From sequence record OM630585.1: DNA of 64,000 nucleotides. One strand, written 5' to 3'. Of the stretch, positions 27,205-37,016 are shown piece after piece (positions within the stretch are counted from its first letter, which is position 1; each line of letters starts with the position of its first letter). Under the pieces are notes generated by a model, which was not told where the DNA came from, did not search any database, and saw nothing but the letters and a program-made list of their open reading frames with translations. This DNA comes from Escherichia phage vB_EcoM_LNA6. The position numbers and the translations under genes are program-made.

Positions 27205-27645
27205 TTAGAAAGGTTTTCTACGTTGCTTGTTAATGTTAGCTTTCATAGCAGCTAAATGGTTTTGCTGTTCAATTAGTCGTGAACGTTCTTGATGGCTAAG
27301 TGCCATAGTGTTCACATTCTCAATTGCTTGAGTGGCTTGCTTTAAAGCTCGACCAATCTTACCAGACATTTTACGTTTTGCAATAGTTGCTTGATGCTTA
27401 GGTTCAACCACACGATAACCAACACCCATTGAAGCAACCAGATAAATCTTCTCTTCTTTAAGAAGCTTCTCAATAAACTTCTCAAGTCGGTTTAGACGTG
27501 TAAGCGCATAAGCCTTCATTTCATCTTCGTACTTAACAATGTCACCTTGATAAGTTGGCTTCACAATACCTAAGAAGGTGTCCATCTCAGAATGTGATAC
27601 AGTGTCACCGTAACTAAACTTTGCTGCTAATGCTTTCGTATTCAT
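27205..27645 (-). CDS. hypothetical protein (repeat-flanked cassette gene 2)
   Basis: 146 aa ORF, basic C-terminus; no recognisable motif. Confidence 0.45.
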   Translation of the reverse strand: MNTKALAAKFSYGDTVSHSEMDTFLGIVKPTYQGDIVKYEDEMKAYALTRLNRLEKFIEKLLKEEKIYLVASMGVGYRVVEPKHQATIAKRKMSGKIGRALKQATQAIENVNTMALSHQERSRLIEQQNHLAAMKANINKQRRKPF

Positions 27646-27647
27646 AA

Positions 27648-28253
<606 letters not shown>

Positions 28254-28309
28254 TTAGTTGATTGTTAAGTTGTTTGTAAAGAACCCTCAACAGAAGACTC
28301 TTTAGAAAC

Positions 28310-28457
28310 TTGGTAGATTTTTAACGTGGCTACTACCATCCACCCATACCTCACATCACCATACCATACCTGACCGGACCTAACCAAACTCCACAGCACC
28401 ATACATCACATCACACAACCTTATTAAAAGCCCCTGTTTAAAGACCTTTTAAAAAGG
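28310..28457 (-). repeat. GG-periodic intergenic repeat, copy B1
   Basis: Homologous to 27051-27177; minus strand reads GG runs spaced about 5 nt apart. Confidence 0.6.
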
Positions 28458-28487
28458 TAAGTCTCATTTTAATGTAGCTGAGACTAA
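28458..28487 (-). terminator. terminator/attenuator-like hairpin within leader (minus strand)
   Basis: AGTCTCA ... TGAGACT 7 bp stem; on the minus strand followed by CCTTTTTAAAAGG. Confidence 0.4.
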
Positions 28488-28587
28488 CTACCCATACCAA
28501 ACAGCACCGCACTATGCCTTACCCCACCTCACCGAGCCTCGCCCCACATCACTTAAAAACCCTTTTCAAAGACTCTTAAGTGATGTT
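28488..28587 (-). repeat. partial/degenerate repeat copy B2 with 11 bp-stem hairpin
   Basis: CCATACC/CACC blocks and TTAAAAACCCTTTTCAAAGAC resembling the conserved 3' block; inverted repeat ACATCACTTAA/TTAAGTGATGT at about 28546-28587. Confidence 0.45.
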
Positions 28588-28615
28588 GGTGAGTACCCGT
28601 TGGTTTATGCTGCTC

Positions 28616-28643
28616 AGTATACTCACCAAATTTTCTATGTCAA
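28616..28643 (-). promoter_or_regulatory. sigma70-like promoter (minus strand, TTGACA-N16-TATACT)
   Basis: Minus-strand TTGACA = + 28638-28643; -10 TATACT = + 28616-28621; 16 nt spacer; directed into repeats B2/B1 and gene 27648..28250. Confidence 0.5.
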
Positions 28644-28650
28644 CAACTTT

Positions 28651-28797
28651 TTATAAAAAAGTTCTGATAGCTATATGTGTCACGAAACAAAAGATTGTAA
28701 ACAAGACACCCATTGCAAAAGATGTGTCCAAAAGCTTACTTGCAACGTATGACAATACAAAGACAACCAGTATAAACAGAATGACTGTACTGAACAT
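28651..28797 (-). CDS. small hydrophobic membrane protein (48 aa; below ORF-track cutoff)
   Basis: ATG at 28797 to TAA at 28651-28653, translating MFSTVILFILVVFVLSYVASKLLDTSFAMGVLFTIFCFVTHIAIRTFL; weak RBS; co-oriented with neighbours unlike overlapping + ORF 28580..28810. Confidence 0.35.
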   Translation of the reverse strand: MFSTVILFILVVFVLSYVASKLLDTSFAMGVLFTIFCFVTHIAIRTFL

Positions 28798-28800
28798 AGT

Positions 28801-29901
28801 TTATTCATAATCCCTAATAACTAGCCCTACAGGGAACTGTAAAGACCCCTTACGAGTCATCTTCTGGAACTGAACCGTTAAAGGTTTCCCGATAAACTCT
28901 TCAGGGTGTTCAGCAAGATACTGTTTCTTCTCGTGAGTAGTCTTCCATGAAACATCTACAAAGACGTTAGGAAGAGTCTCTACAACGAACTTACCATGAC
29001 CACGCTTATCGGTCTTGACACCAGTCACTTTAAACTCTTCAGTGTGCATCTTCTTGTGCTTAATCAAGAAGTATGAACGGTGACAACACTCATAGAAGGA
29101 GTCTTCAGAGATTGAACGGTACATTGCACCTTCAAACTTAGCTTCAACCCACTTATCATGAGCTTCATCAAACTCTTCCCAAGAATTTACACGGATAGTC
29201 TGTACAGGAACAACTCTACAGGTATCCCCAAGCTCAACAATAGGTGAGTTATCAATAACTTCACGACGTTCAGGCCAAGATTTTGAATTGTCGCAGATAT
29301 CATACCAGTAGAATTTAAGAAGGTGACGGTCTGGATTGTCAGCATTCTTAATCATAGACACAATGTCTTCTAAGTCCCAACCATGAGCATAAATCTCGCC
29401 ATCAAAGTCTTCAACTTGTGGATGTAATTTAAGCAACAAAAGCAAATCTGGGATTAGTTCTTCTGGAACGTTGTAAACAGTATTCTCACGAGAATAAGCC
29501 GTGAAACTAACTGAATCATCATCTCTTGAAATTCTACAACGAACACCATCAAATTTTGGTTGAGCATCAGCAGGGAACTTCAGGTACTTCGCATGACTAA
29601 CCTTTGCAGCATCATGAGCAAGCTGTACACCTACCTTCTCAGTATTCTGTGCAGACTCTTTTGTGTAAGCATAACCTTTACGGTCAACTTGCTTTTTATA
29701 CTTAGCAGCAACTTCAAAGAGAGCTTGCTGTTCAGTGTTACGCTCATTCTTTTTACCGATGTTTTTAGGTTCTGCTGTATACTCTTCAAACATCATCTTG
29801 CCATTTTCTTTACCGTAGGTTGTAATAACTTTGTCACCTACAGCAACGCATGACCAGACGTTGAAGGAACCGTCTTTATTTTGTTTGTACAGAATTGTCA
29901 T
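28801..29901 (-). CDS. ATP-dependent DNA ligase
   Basis: 366 aa; KFDGVR matches the ligase KxDG adenylation motif; size similar to T7-type ligases. Confidence 0.7.
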   Translation of the reverse strand: MTILYKQNKDGSFNVWSCVAVGDKVITTYGKENGKMMFEEYTAEPKNIGKKNERNTEQQALFEVAAKYKKQVDRKGYAYTKESAQNTEKVGVQLAHDAAKVSHAKYLKFPADAQPKFDGVRCRISRDDDSVSFTAYSRENTVYNVPEELIPDLLLLLKLHPQVEDFDGEIYAHGWDLEDIVSMIKNADNPDRHLLKFYWYDICDNSKSWPERREVIDNSPIVELGDTCRVVPVQTIRVNSWEEFDEAHDKWVEAKFEGAMYRSISEDSFYECCHRSYFLIKHKKMHTEEFKVTGVKTDKRGHGKFVVETLPNVFVDVSWKTTHEKKQYLAEHPEEFIGKPLTVQFQKMTRKGSLQFPVGLVIRDYE

Positions 29902-30104
29902 TTTCTCTTACCACCAATCTCTACGTCAATAACTTGAACATCGCCAGCAACATCAAACTTATGAATGATGCTTTCCACAGTGTAAGTCCAACCATCAATG
30001 CGAACCAACTCGCCTTCTCGTGGGACGATTGGATTACGTTGAGCTACGGTTGTAGTGGAGTGAACAACATCATAACGATAGGTATAGTTTACTAATACTT
30101 CCAT
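29898..30104 (-). CDS. hypothetical protein
   Basis: Start trimmed to ATG 30104 (MEVLVNY...) with GAGG RBS; 68 aa; avoids overlap with upstream lipoprotein gene. Confidence 0.4.
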   Translation of the reverse strand: MEVLVNYTYRYDVVHSTTTVAQRNPIVPREGELVRIDGWTYTVESIIHKFDVAGDVQVIDVEIGGKRK

Positions 30105-30114
30105 CGTGAAAACC

Positions 30115-30351
30115 TCACTCAATAACCGTGGTATGTGATTGACCATTTTTGCCATAGCTATAAGATGTTGTTGTTTGAGAGTTTGGACATCTGACAACAA
30201 CAATATCTCTGCTTATAGCATCACCATGTAACTTGTATACTCTGCAATCTTGCATCTCTGGTGGGAGGCTGTAAGAAGCATTTTTATCTTCATAAGAAGG
30301 GTTGCAGCCAGATAGAAAAATAACACCAAGCGCAATTACTGATTTCCACAT
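30115..30351 (-). CDS. small lipoprotein (lipobox LSGC)
   Basis: Start at ATG 30351 (MWKSVIALGVIFLSGC) gives a signal peptide ending in lipobox L-S-G-C; AGGGG RBS upstream; track start at 30375 is GTG. Confidence 0.55.
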   Translation of the reverse strand: MWKSVIALGVIFLSGCNPSYEDKNASYSLPPEMQDCRVYKLHGDAISRDIVVVRCPNSQTTTSYSYGKNGQSHTTVIE

Positions 30352-30364
30352 AATACACCCCTGT

Positions 30365-30520
30365 TTACTGTTCACGATGCTCTACTTCTCTGTATGTACG
30401 TCGATAATGAATGATAAGTGGTGCTAATTCATTGCTTTTAACATTTGAGCGTAACAGTTGCCAGTCAAAACCTTTACCAACTCTTCCATATAAATTAAAA
30501 AACTTAACTTTGCGTTTCAT
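30365..30520 (-). CDS. small basic protein (51 aa; below ORF-track cutoff)
   Basis: ATG 30520 preceded by GGAG; translates MKRKVKFFNLYGRVGKGFDWQLLRSNVKSNELAPLIIHYRRTYREVEHREQ. Confidence 0.3.
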   Translation of the reverse strand: MKRKVKFFNLYGRVGKGFDWQLLRSNVKSNELAPLIIHYRRTYREVEHREQ

Positions 30521-30538
30521 TTTCGGTATCTCCAATAT

Positions 30539-30766
30539 TCAGAGGTTAATATTAATACGTTCGCCCTTAAGGACTCCAGTACGGTCCCTTGCAATCTTAC
30601 CATCAACAATAAGGATATGCGCAGACCTTAAAGAGTCACCATTAAAACCTTTTACGAACTTACTAGGCATCACTACAATGGACATCTCCTGAATCATCTC
30701 TGGAGTATAGTAATTGTCGTGAAGTTGCTGAATAACGTCTGCAAGTGTCATTTTTGATGTCTCCAA
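30539..30766 (-). CDS. hypothetical protein
   Basis: 75 aa ORF. Confidence 0.35.
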   Translation of the reverse strand: METSKMTLADVIQQLHDNYYTPEMIQEMSIVVMPSKFVKGFNGDSLRSAHILIVDGKIARDRTGVLKGERININL

Positions 30767-30957
30767 TACTCAATGTCAATAAGTTCTTGTGCAATGCTTT
30801 TCAGATTACCTTTCAAGAAAACCTTCTCAGAACATGAAAGAGATGAATTGTCAATTAACCTGTTCATTCTCTCAAACAGCTTCTGCTTACGATTTTTGAT
30901 AGTCTCCTTTGAAGCACCTTTCATCATCGCTGCATGGGTTCTTCCACGATGGCTCAT
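30748..30957 (-). CDS. hypothetical protein
   Basis: 69 aa basic ORF. Confidence 0.35.
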   Translation of the reverse strand: MSHRGRTHAAMMKGASKETIKNRKQKLFERMNRLIDNSSLSCSEKVFLKGNLKSIAQELIDIEYWRHQK

Positions 30958-31018
30958 AAGCCCTCCTATATAAGATATAGTATAAGGTACTCTTCCCTGA
31001 GCACCTTGTCAATACTAA

Positions 31019-31575
31019 TCAGTGTACCTCAAGCCAATTCTTACCAACTTTACCAGTACCAGTTACAAGCGTTTCCTCCTTAAGTCCTAAGTTTCTTGAT
31101 GCCTGACCATACATCCAGTCAATCACTGCTTTAACATCTTGTGTCATCTCTTCTGGGCACTCCCAACTATTTTCATCGTGGTATGCTAGAAGCAATCTAG
31201 CACCAATAGCTGGTTTTCGACCATTCAGCTTTGTAAGACCCTCTTCACAAGTTCTTCTACAAGCGAGGTTGATGGCTTCATTCTGAACCTGACTTTCCGA
31301 ACCCATGAGCAGATAATTCAATAGTTTGTGTGGAGATTTACACCACAACCATGCACCAGCAACCTTTACAAAACCACCTTTAGAAATTGCAGCAGTCTTA
31401 CCAAATACCTCTTCAAGAGCCTTCTTAGTGGCTTTGAAGTCAGCTTCCAAATTATCTATCAACTTTTTAATCTTAGGGAGGCGTACAAAGTAAGTTTGCT
31501 TAGTTAAAGCACCTTCTTCGGTTGTTGATGCTTTAATCGTCTTGGCAAACTTCTCATCACCTGCCCCAAACAATA
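31019..31575 (-). CDS. DNA polymerase (family A, T7 gp5-like), exon 2
   Basis: Begins in motif B (..LFGAGDEKF, cf. T7 YGFLYGAGDEK) and ends with motif C region HDENSWECPEE and C-terminal GKNWLEVH; exon boundary inferred. Confidence 0.75.
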
Positions 31576-32376
31576 CATCTGGTCAATACACTCGCAAGGT
31601 GTACCAGTTCTCTTATGAACTTCTCCGCATTTCTACGGAGTGTCGGACTATATCACGTAGTAGTAATACTACCGTTGCACTTGGGAATGGTCATTAGCTT
31701 ACCACCCTACTCTACTCAGTTCATACATTAAGTATGCTTTTCGATAGTCTCTGAACGTTTCTCTGTTAGGAACTCTAAAATACTATTGTTTACTAAGGTA
31801 TGCAATTGCTCTCTGCATATTATCAACGCTATCTGCAAGCAACCCCAAAGCCCTATTGCAATTGTGGCACAACATACCTCTTACTTTTCCGGTTTTGTGG
31901 TCATGGTCAACGACAAGTTTAGCCTTATGCCGTGAACTATTCATGATAAAACCTTCACCGCCACAAATTTGACATTTGTAATCACAGTTACGGAGTAAGG
32001 TTTCAACCTCTTCTCTTTCTAAACCATATGTTCTCAGGTAGTAATTCTTAACTCTACCTTTCTCTCCGCAATGCGAAGAACAATAAACTTGCCTTGCTGT
32101 TCTAGGCATGAACACCTTCTCACAGCTAGGACATTTCTTAGTAAGAACCCTATGTTCTGCTCTTCTGTCAAATTTTAATACGCAACTTCTGCACCGTTTT
32201 TGATTGTATTGGTATGGTTTAAACTCTGCACCACACTCAGTACACAATCTCTCTTTGTAACCTGCCATTGTCTCTCCCCTTTGCTTTAGGAGTCCTAACA
32301 GAGACTTCGCTGCTGATTACCATATCTTTACAGACTTAGGCTTCCAGCAATTCACAACGTTTTACATGCGCCACTG
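31576..32376 (-). mobile_element. group I intron interrupting the DNA polymerase gene in motif B (boundaries approximate)
   Basis: Minus strand shows GTTCAGAGACTATCG (R/P7 5' strand) and GATATAGTCCGAC (S/P7 3' strand) downstream of the HNH ORF, plus a CTCCG-TAGAAAT-CGGAG hairpin; polymerase reading frame interrupted by stops on both sides. Confidence 0.7.
31783..32268 (-). CDS. HNH homing endonuclease (endonuclease VII-like), intron-encoded
   Basis: 161 aa; multiple CxxC pairs and LVVDHDHKTGKVRGMLCHNCNRALG, a His-Me finger/EndoVII-type HNH motif; lies wholly inside the polymerase intron. Confidence 0.75.
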   Translation of the reverse strand: MAGYKERLCTECGAEFKPYQYNQKRCRSCVLKFDRRAEHRVLTKKCPSCEKVFMPRTARQVYCSSHCGEKGRVKNYYLRTYGLEREEVETLLRNCDYKCQICGGEGFIMNSSRHKAKLVVDHDHKTGKVRGMLCHNCNRALGLLADSVDNMQRAIAYLSKQ

Positions 32377-34519
32377 ACGCATAAATGCCATTCTTGGCTT
32401 TCTTACGACCCTTACTAATTTCTTGAAGAAGGTTTGTATCCTGAGTAGCTCGACAAGTCAAGATATCTTCCTCTTTATTAAGGCTGAAGTAGATGCTATT
32501 TAAAGTATGCGCATCAGTTCCTGAGTACACCACGTACAAGTCATTTTCAGAATCATAATGCAAATACTTGTCAATCTCTGGGTTTAGATACTGGTCAAAA
32601 TGTTTGCAATAGTATCTGCCATCCTCTTGTTTGACAAACTCAACTTCTTCTTTACCCTCTGTCACTGCTTTGGTGAACTCTTTATCACCCATAAAGTTAC
32701 ACAGCAGTACAAGTTGCGCGCTATTCATATCTGCTGAAACAATATTAGTTCCTTCTTCACAAGTCCACACCTCCCTCATAGGTGCTCCATAGACAGCAGC
32801 ACCAGACGGTACGTTTACAATACCATATTGTGTCATACGTCCAGTTGAAGTGCCAAACACCATTGCACCAGCACTAAGGCGACCATCAGGACGAATCTGG
32901 TTCAACCAACCTTTTTCATCATCCTTTGAGTTCTCAATAGTTCTGCGTCGGTGCATCAAAGTATAGTACTTAGCAATCTTCTGTCCAAGCTCACCTTCAA
33001 TCGTATCATAAGATGATTCAGTAAGTTTTGGTGAAGTACGGATTAAGCAAGGTTCAAGCAAATCTGTGTATTTCTTCACAGACCAGTTATGCTCAATATA
33101 CTGTACACCTTCGTGCTCAACATAGCTCAAACCACACCGCTCAACCATTTCCTGCCACTTAGGATGTTTTGTAATCATCTTTTTATTGTCTTTGAAACGA
33201 CAAACTTTGACAGGGCGACCATCTGAGTCTTTCTTGTAGTTCCAGTCATCTGGAATCCAACCAACTGATTTCAAGTAGTCTTTAACAACTGCTACCTGAG
33301 TCATACGAGAAACTTCAAACTCAATTGGTGTATACGGTGCATCAATCAAACCTGTGTAGCGACTTGACTCAAGTTCAAAGTGGTTAACAACGTGACTGTT
33401 ATAGTACTTCACAGTTTTGACTGTTTTTACTGGCTTCCAGTCTTTGCATTTCTTACCAATCTTTGCATTCAACTCATTGCAAATTTCACGAGCATCCTTC
33501 ATTGCTACAAAACCCTCCTTGTACTCTTCACCAGTTACAGAGTTGGTTGGTGTATAGCAATTTCTCTTTTCAATGTTAAAAATCTTTGTAGTTGGCTTAC
33601 CAAATGGCTTGATTTCATATGTCTGCATCTCACCATTACGTACCTGCTGACGATACTTTGTCTTAGGGTACTTGGTAATCCTCTTCAGTCCATCTGCATG
33701 ACCAAATGTTTCAACATACTCATTCCAAGCCCTTGCAAACTCTTCTCCAGTGACTTTACCTTTGGTCTTAATAGTTGGAGGAAGATGTGGTTCAACCTCT
33801 GAAGCAAGCTCATTAGTCAACTTGTCAAGTTCCTTTACATGGAACTCCATAAGCTCTTTATCAGCTTTCCAACCATTGATAGCTTGCTGGCTCATCCAGA
33901 AAGATGTCTCTTTAGCTCGCATGTAGGTTTCATAAGTGTCTATGCCACACTTCTTAAGCTTGAGATACTCGTTATCAAGTGCCCGTTTAGTTTTGGTGTT
34001 AATACGGATATCTTCTACAACACGAGTGAAGATTTCTGCATTCCACACACCCCAATGTTCAATCTCTGGTTTACGAACACCGACACGAGCACCCCATGCA
34101 GCCAAACCATGAGCACCTTTATAACCCCTTGGAGTTGGTCTATCCATCCACTGAACACGAGACTGAATAAGAGAATCCTGAAAGAAATTACTCCACGGCT
34201 TACACTTTGGATTATCAAAGTTCCATAAATCAGGTGCAATGTGATTGAAAACCCACCAGTCATAACCGAGACCGTTATGGATGCAAAGACGTTTTGCCTT
34301 TAACGCAAACTCAACACCTTCACGTAAACCACCCTTAATGTACTTGGTATACTTGTGACCGAGGATAGGCTCATCTGTGAAGACCCATACAGGTGGCTCT
34401 TCATCGTCAGATTTATAGTCTGCAAAAGCCATTACGTGAACTTTAGTGAACTCAAGGAGTAAACCATCAGTCTCTGTATCACCAACCAAATGTAAGTTTT
34501 TAAAATCTATGTTTTCCAT
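32377..34519 (-). CDS. DNA polymerase (family A, T7 gp5-like), exon 1 with 3'-5' exonuclease domain
   Basis: N-terminal VGDTETDGL (Exo I DxE); regions YTPIEFEV, GRLSAGAMVFGTSTGR and ADMNSAQLVLLCNFMG align from memory with T7 DNA polymerase; ends in motif B RKKAKNGIY. Confidence 0.8.
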
Positions 34520-34692
34520 TTTTTACTCCCTCTAAAACCATTAACCCCATACATTACTGCAAAAAATTATAAAAAGCAAGTTGACAATGCACTTGACAAG
34601 GTGTTAATCTTTGCGAAGTGGGTTTTTACTTAAAAGGTTACTTAACAGTTTAACTATACAGATACTTTAAAACTCTTAAAAGATTATTTAAT

Positions 34693-34734
34693 AGCTTTTA
34701 AAAAGCTTTAAAGTATAACGTATAGAATACGTTA
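34693..34734. promoter_or_regulatory. paired palindromes in AT-rich divergent intergenic region (candidate operator/origin elements)
   Basis: AGCTTTTAAAAAGCT (34693-34707) and AACGTAT-AGA-ATACGTT (34718-34734) between polymerase (minus) and + strand gene 34778. Confidence 0.3.
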
Positions 34735-34777
34735 AGATAAAAGATTAAAACTTAATAGTTACTTAAAAGAGGCTTAC

Positions 34778-35200
34778 ATGCAGAAAATGTTTGTTCACCC
34801 AGACATAGCTGACTTTGTTAGAGCTTTGCAGAAGTTGGAAGAACTTGACATTGCTGCTCAACGGGAATATGCTCACCATCACAGGAGAATGGTTGATATA
34901 CAACATGAAATAGAGTTGTCTGAAAACTATGAAGATGACTTAAAATGCTCTGTATTTGAGCATATGAAAGATGTTGCTACAGCGAGACGTAAAGCTAAAG
35001 ACACAGTTGCTTTACTAGATTCTCTTAAAAAGAGGTTGCAAAGTGGTACAGACTTGTGTAATCTAGCATCACTTATTAACGATGTTGAAACTTCTTGGGA
35101 TAGGCACTATTATCCACGTTCTGAAAAGACACTTGACTTTTCTTCATCAGAAAACTTAAAATGTTCTAGAAAGAAACTTAACCAACTGAGAGAGAAATAA
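34778..35200 (+). CDS. hypothetical protein
   Basis: 140 aa ORF. Confidence 0.4.
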   Translation: MQKMFVHPDIADFVRALQKLEELDIAAQREYAHHHRRMVDIQHEIELSENYEDDLKCSVFEHMKDVATARRKAKDTVALLDSLKKRLQSGTDLCNLASLINDVETSWDRHYYPRSEKTLDFSSSENLKCSRKKLNQLREK

Positions 35201-35201
35201 T

Positions 35202-36002
35202 ATGAATATTGATGTAGAAAAGATGCTTGAAGAAAAGGGTATTGACGAAGCATTTTTAATCAATGCCGTAGAAAGCATGGCTATGATTCTTCGTGGGAAC
35301 AACTACACAGAACAGTTTATGCCTGCAAGCTATAACTTGCCTGAAGACAAGTCTGATAACGGTGCTTTTGCAGAACAGGTCAACATGATGTTGACAGATA
35401 CTACACTTGCTCTAGCATCTATTGCGGTTGGTGTTGATGCACTTGCTGAGTTCATTTTTTATGAAATGCAAAAGAATGACTATATCAGGATGTCAGATGA
35501 AGATAAGGAACTGTTGCTGACTAAGGACACTGATTTCATTATTGACACGCTTATCTCATCAACGAGTGCTGTTATGGCTGTTCTTGAGAAGCGTATGGAA
35601 GAAAAGCTTTCACGATATGAAAAGCTTGATTGGGGTTTAGAAGAATTAAGCCCACGAATCAAAGAGATTATCCAGCAAACTAAAGAGTCTTTGGAAGAAG
35701 CTGTTGAAAATGACTCTGTAGCTGATATAGAACCGCTTCAGGTGAAAGTTGCACTGATGATTCCAGCTATCTCTACAATGATGAATATCGTTGCACTAAT
35801 CCAACTTTCACAGATGATGGGTGTGAGTATGGAGTTCATTGAGGAGATGACTGGTGGTGTTAGTATGCAAGCAATCAATGATGTTTTGGTGAACATTGGT
35901 GCTTCAATCATCGAAGAAAAACTGCGCATTAACTTCGGTGATGATTTTGTGAAGCAACTCTCAGCTATGGCTGAAAAAGAGTCTGCTGAGCAACTGCACT
36001 AA
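35202..36002 (+). CDS. highly acidic protein (hypothetical)
   Basis: 266 aa, strongly enriched in D/E with few K/R. Confidence 0.4.
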   Translation: MNIDVEKMLEEKGIDEAFLINAVESMAMILRGNNYTEQFMPASYNLPEDKSDNGAFAEQVNMMLTDTTLALASIAVGVDALAEFIFYEMQKNDYIRMSDEDKELLLTKDTDFIIDTLISSTSAVMAVLEKRMEEKLSRYEKLDWGLEELSPRIKEIIQQTKESLEEAVENDSVADIEPLQVKVALMIPAISTMMNIVALIQLSQMMGVSMEFIEEMTGGVSMQAINDVLVNIGASIIEEKLRINFGDDFVKQLSAMAEKESAEQLH

Positions 36003-36020
36003 GTCTTTATAAATTTTACA

Positions 36021-36045
36021 AGCCTCCTTAGTTGGGGGCTTTTTA
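36021..36045 (+). terminator. intrinsic terminator candidate
   Basis: AGCCTCC-TTAGTT-GGGGGCT imperfect hairpin followed by TTTTT. Confidence 0.4.
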
Positions 36046-36063
36046 GTAATTAAGGGAGATAAA

Positions 36064-36807
36064 ATGAGTAATATTATTGCATTTACTGGAAAGGCACGTT
36101 CTGGAAAAGACACCTCATGTTCTATTGTGAAGAACATCTTAGAGGATGAGTACGGCTACAATGTTGCAGTAATGGCCTATGCAGACAACCTTAAACTATC
36201 TGCATCAAAGATATTTGACCTGACTTGGAATGACCTGTATGGTGAAACTAAAGAGACTCCACAGGTTTTTGACTTATCATATTCCGAACTTATGTTCAAA
36301 GTTACTGAAGCTATGGAGTTTACCTTCAGAGGTGAACGTTATCATACGGACTTTAAACTTATGTCGGAATTGACAGGACGCTTAATCATGGAGCTTAAGA
36401 AGGTTGCTAAACCGACTCTATTAACACGTCTGGGATTTAGCAACAAGTATAAATTCTCATCAAGACAAATTCAACAGATTTGGGGCACTGAAGTTATCCG
36501 TAAAGTTATGGGTGACAAGTTCTGGGCTAAAGACCTCGAAAAACGAATGGTAAATTTCTTTGATGTTTGCTCACTTAGAAATCAAGAAGGTGTTGTTTTA
36601 ATCAGTGATTTAAGATTTGACTCTGAAGCTGAGTGGCTGAGTAGATTTGCACACCAAACTATTGAAGTAAAAAGAAACAATGTGGACAAAGTTTCATCAC
36701 ATGTTTCAGAAAATGGGATTTCTACCAAATATGCGCGTGACATTATTCATAATAATGGTACTCTTGAAGACCTTGAGAGCAAACTAAGAGCTATCCTGAA
36801 GATTTAA
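36064..36807 (+). CDS. deoxynucleoside monophosphate kinase (T4 gp1-like)
   Basis: 247 aa; N-terminal IIAFTGKARSGKDT P-loop resembles T4 dNMP kinase MKLIFLSGVKRSGKDT; similar length. Confidence 0.65.
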   Translation: MSNIIAFTGKARSGKDTSCSIVKNILEDEYGYNVAVMAYADNLKLSASKIFDLTWNDLYGETKETPQVFDLSYSELMFKVTEAMEFTFRGERYHTDFKLMSELTGRLIMELKKVAKPTLLTRLGFSNKYKFSSRQIQQIWGTEVIRKVMGDKFWAKDLEKRMVNFFDVCSLRNQEGVVLISDLRFDSEAEWLSRFAHQTIEVKRNNVDKVSSHVSENGISTKYARDIIHNNGTLEDLESKLRAILKI

Positions 36808-36815
36808 AAGAGATA

Positions 36816-37016
36816 ATGAAGATGAGAGTAAAAGACAATTTTAAAGTTATTGACCACCGTTTAGTGGAACTCTCATCTCTTTCCAATGAGGTAATGATTG
36901 AACGTCTTAAGAGAGTTGAATCACGAAGGAAAGAGATTGCAGATGAAATTCATGAACTGGACAAGATTGAAAATGGATTGAAGGCAGAACTACAACGAAG
37001 AGGTGCTAATGTCTAA
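36816..37016 (+). CDS. hypothetical small coiled-coil protein
   Basis: 66 aa ORF. Confidence 0.35.
   Translation: MKMRVKDNFKVIDHRLVELSSLSNEVMIERLKRVESRRKEIADEIHELDKIENGLKAELQRRGANV

Noticed and set aside
28580-28810. + strand 76 aa ORF in a minus-strand gene block (also 29560..29853, 30411..30692, 33380..33802, 33839..34228)
   Set aside because: These lie antisense within or between minus-strand genes, lack RBS context and are likely frame artefacts; a co-oriented small minus-strand ORF explains 28651-28797 better.
31019-31573. 184 aa minus-strand ORF as an independent gene
   Set aside because: It aligns with the C-terminal motifs of family A polymerases and continues the upstream polymerase fragment; it is exon 2 of the intron-split polymerase gene.
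31576-32376. Intein as the cause of the polymerase and nrdD interruptions
   Set aside because: Both interruptions contain in-frame stops and non-coding flanks with group I P7/P8-like elements, and the endonucleases are separate ORFs rather than in-frame fusions.
34581-34622. TTGACA hexamers at 34581 and 34594 as promoter -35 elements
   Set aside because: No acceptable -10 hexamer at 16-18 nt spacing (best is TTAATC).
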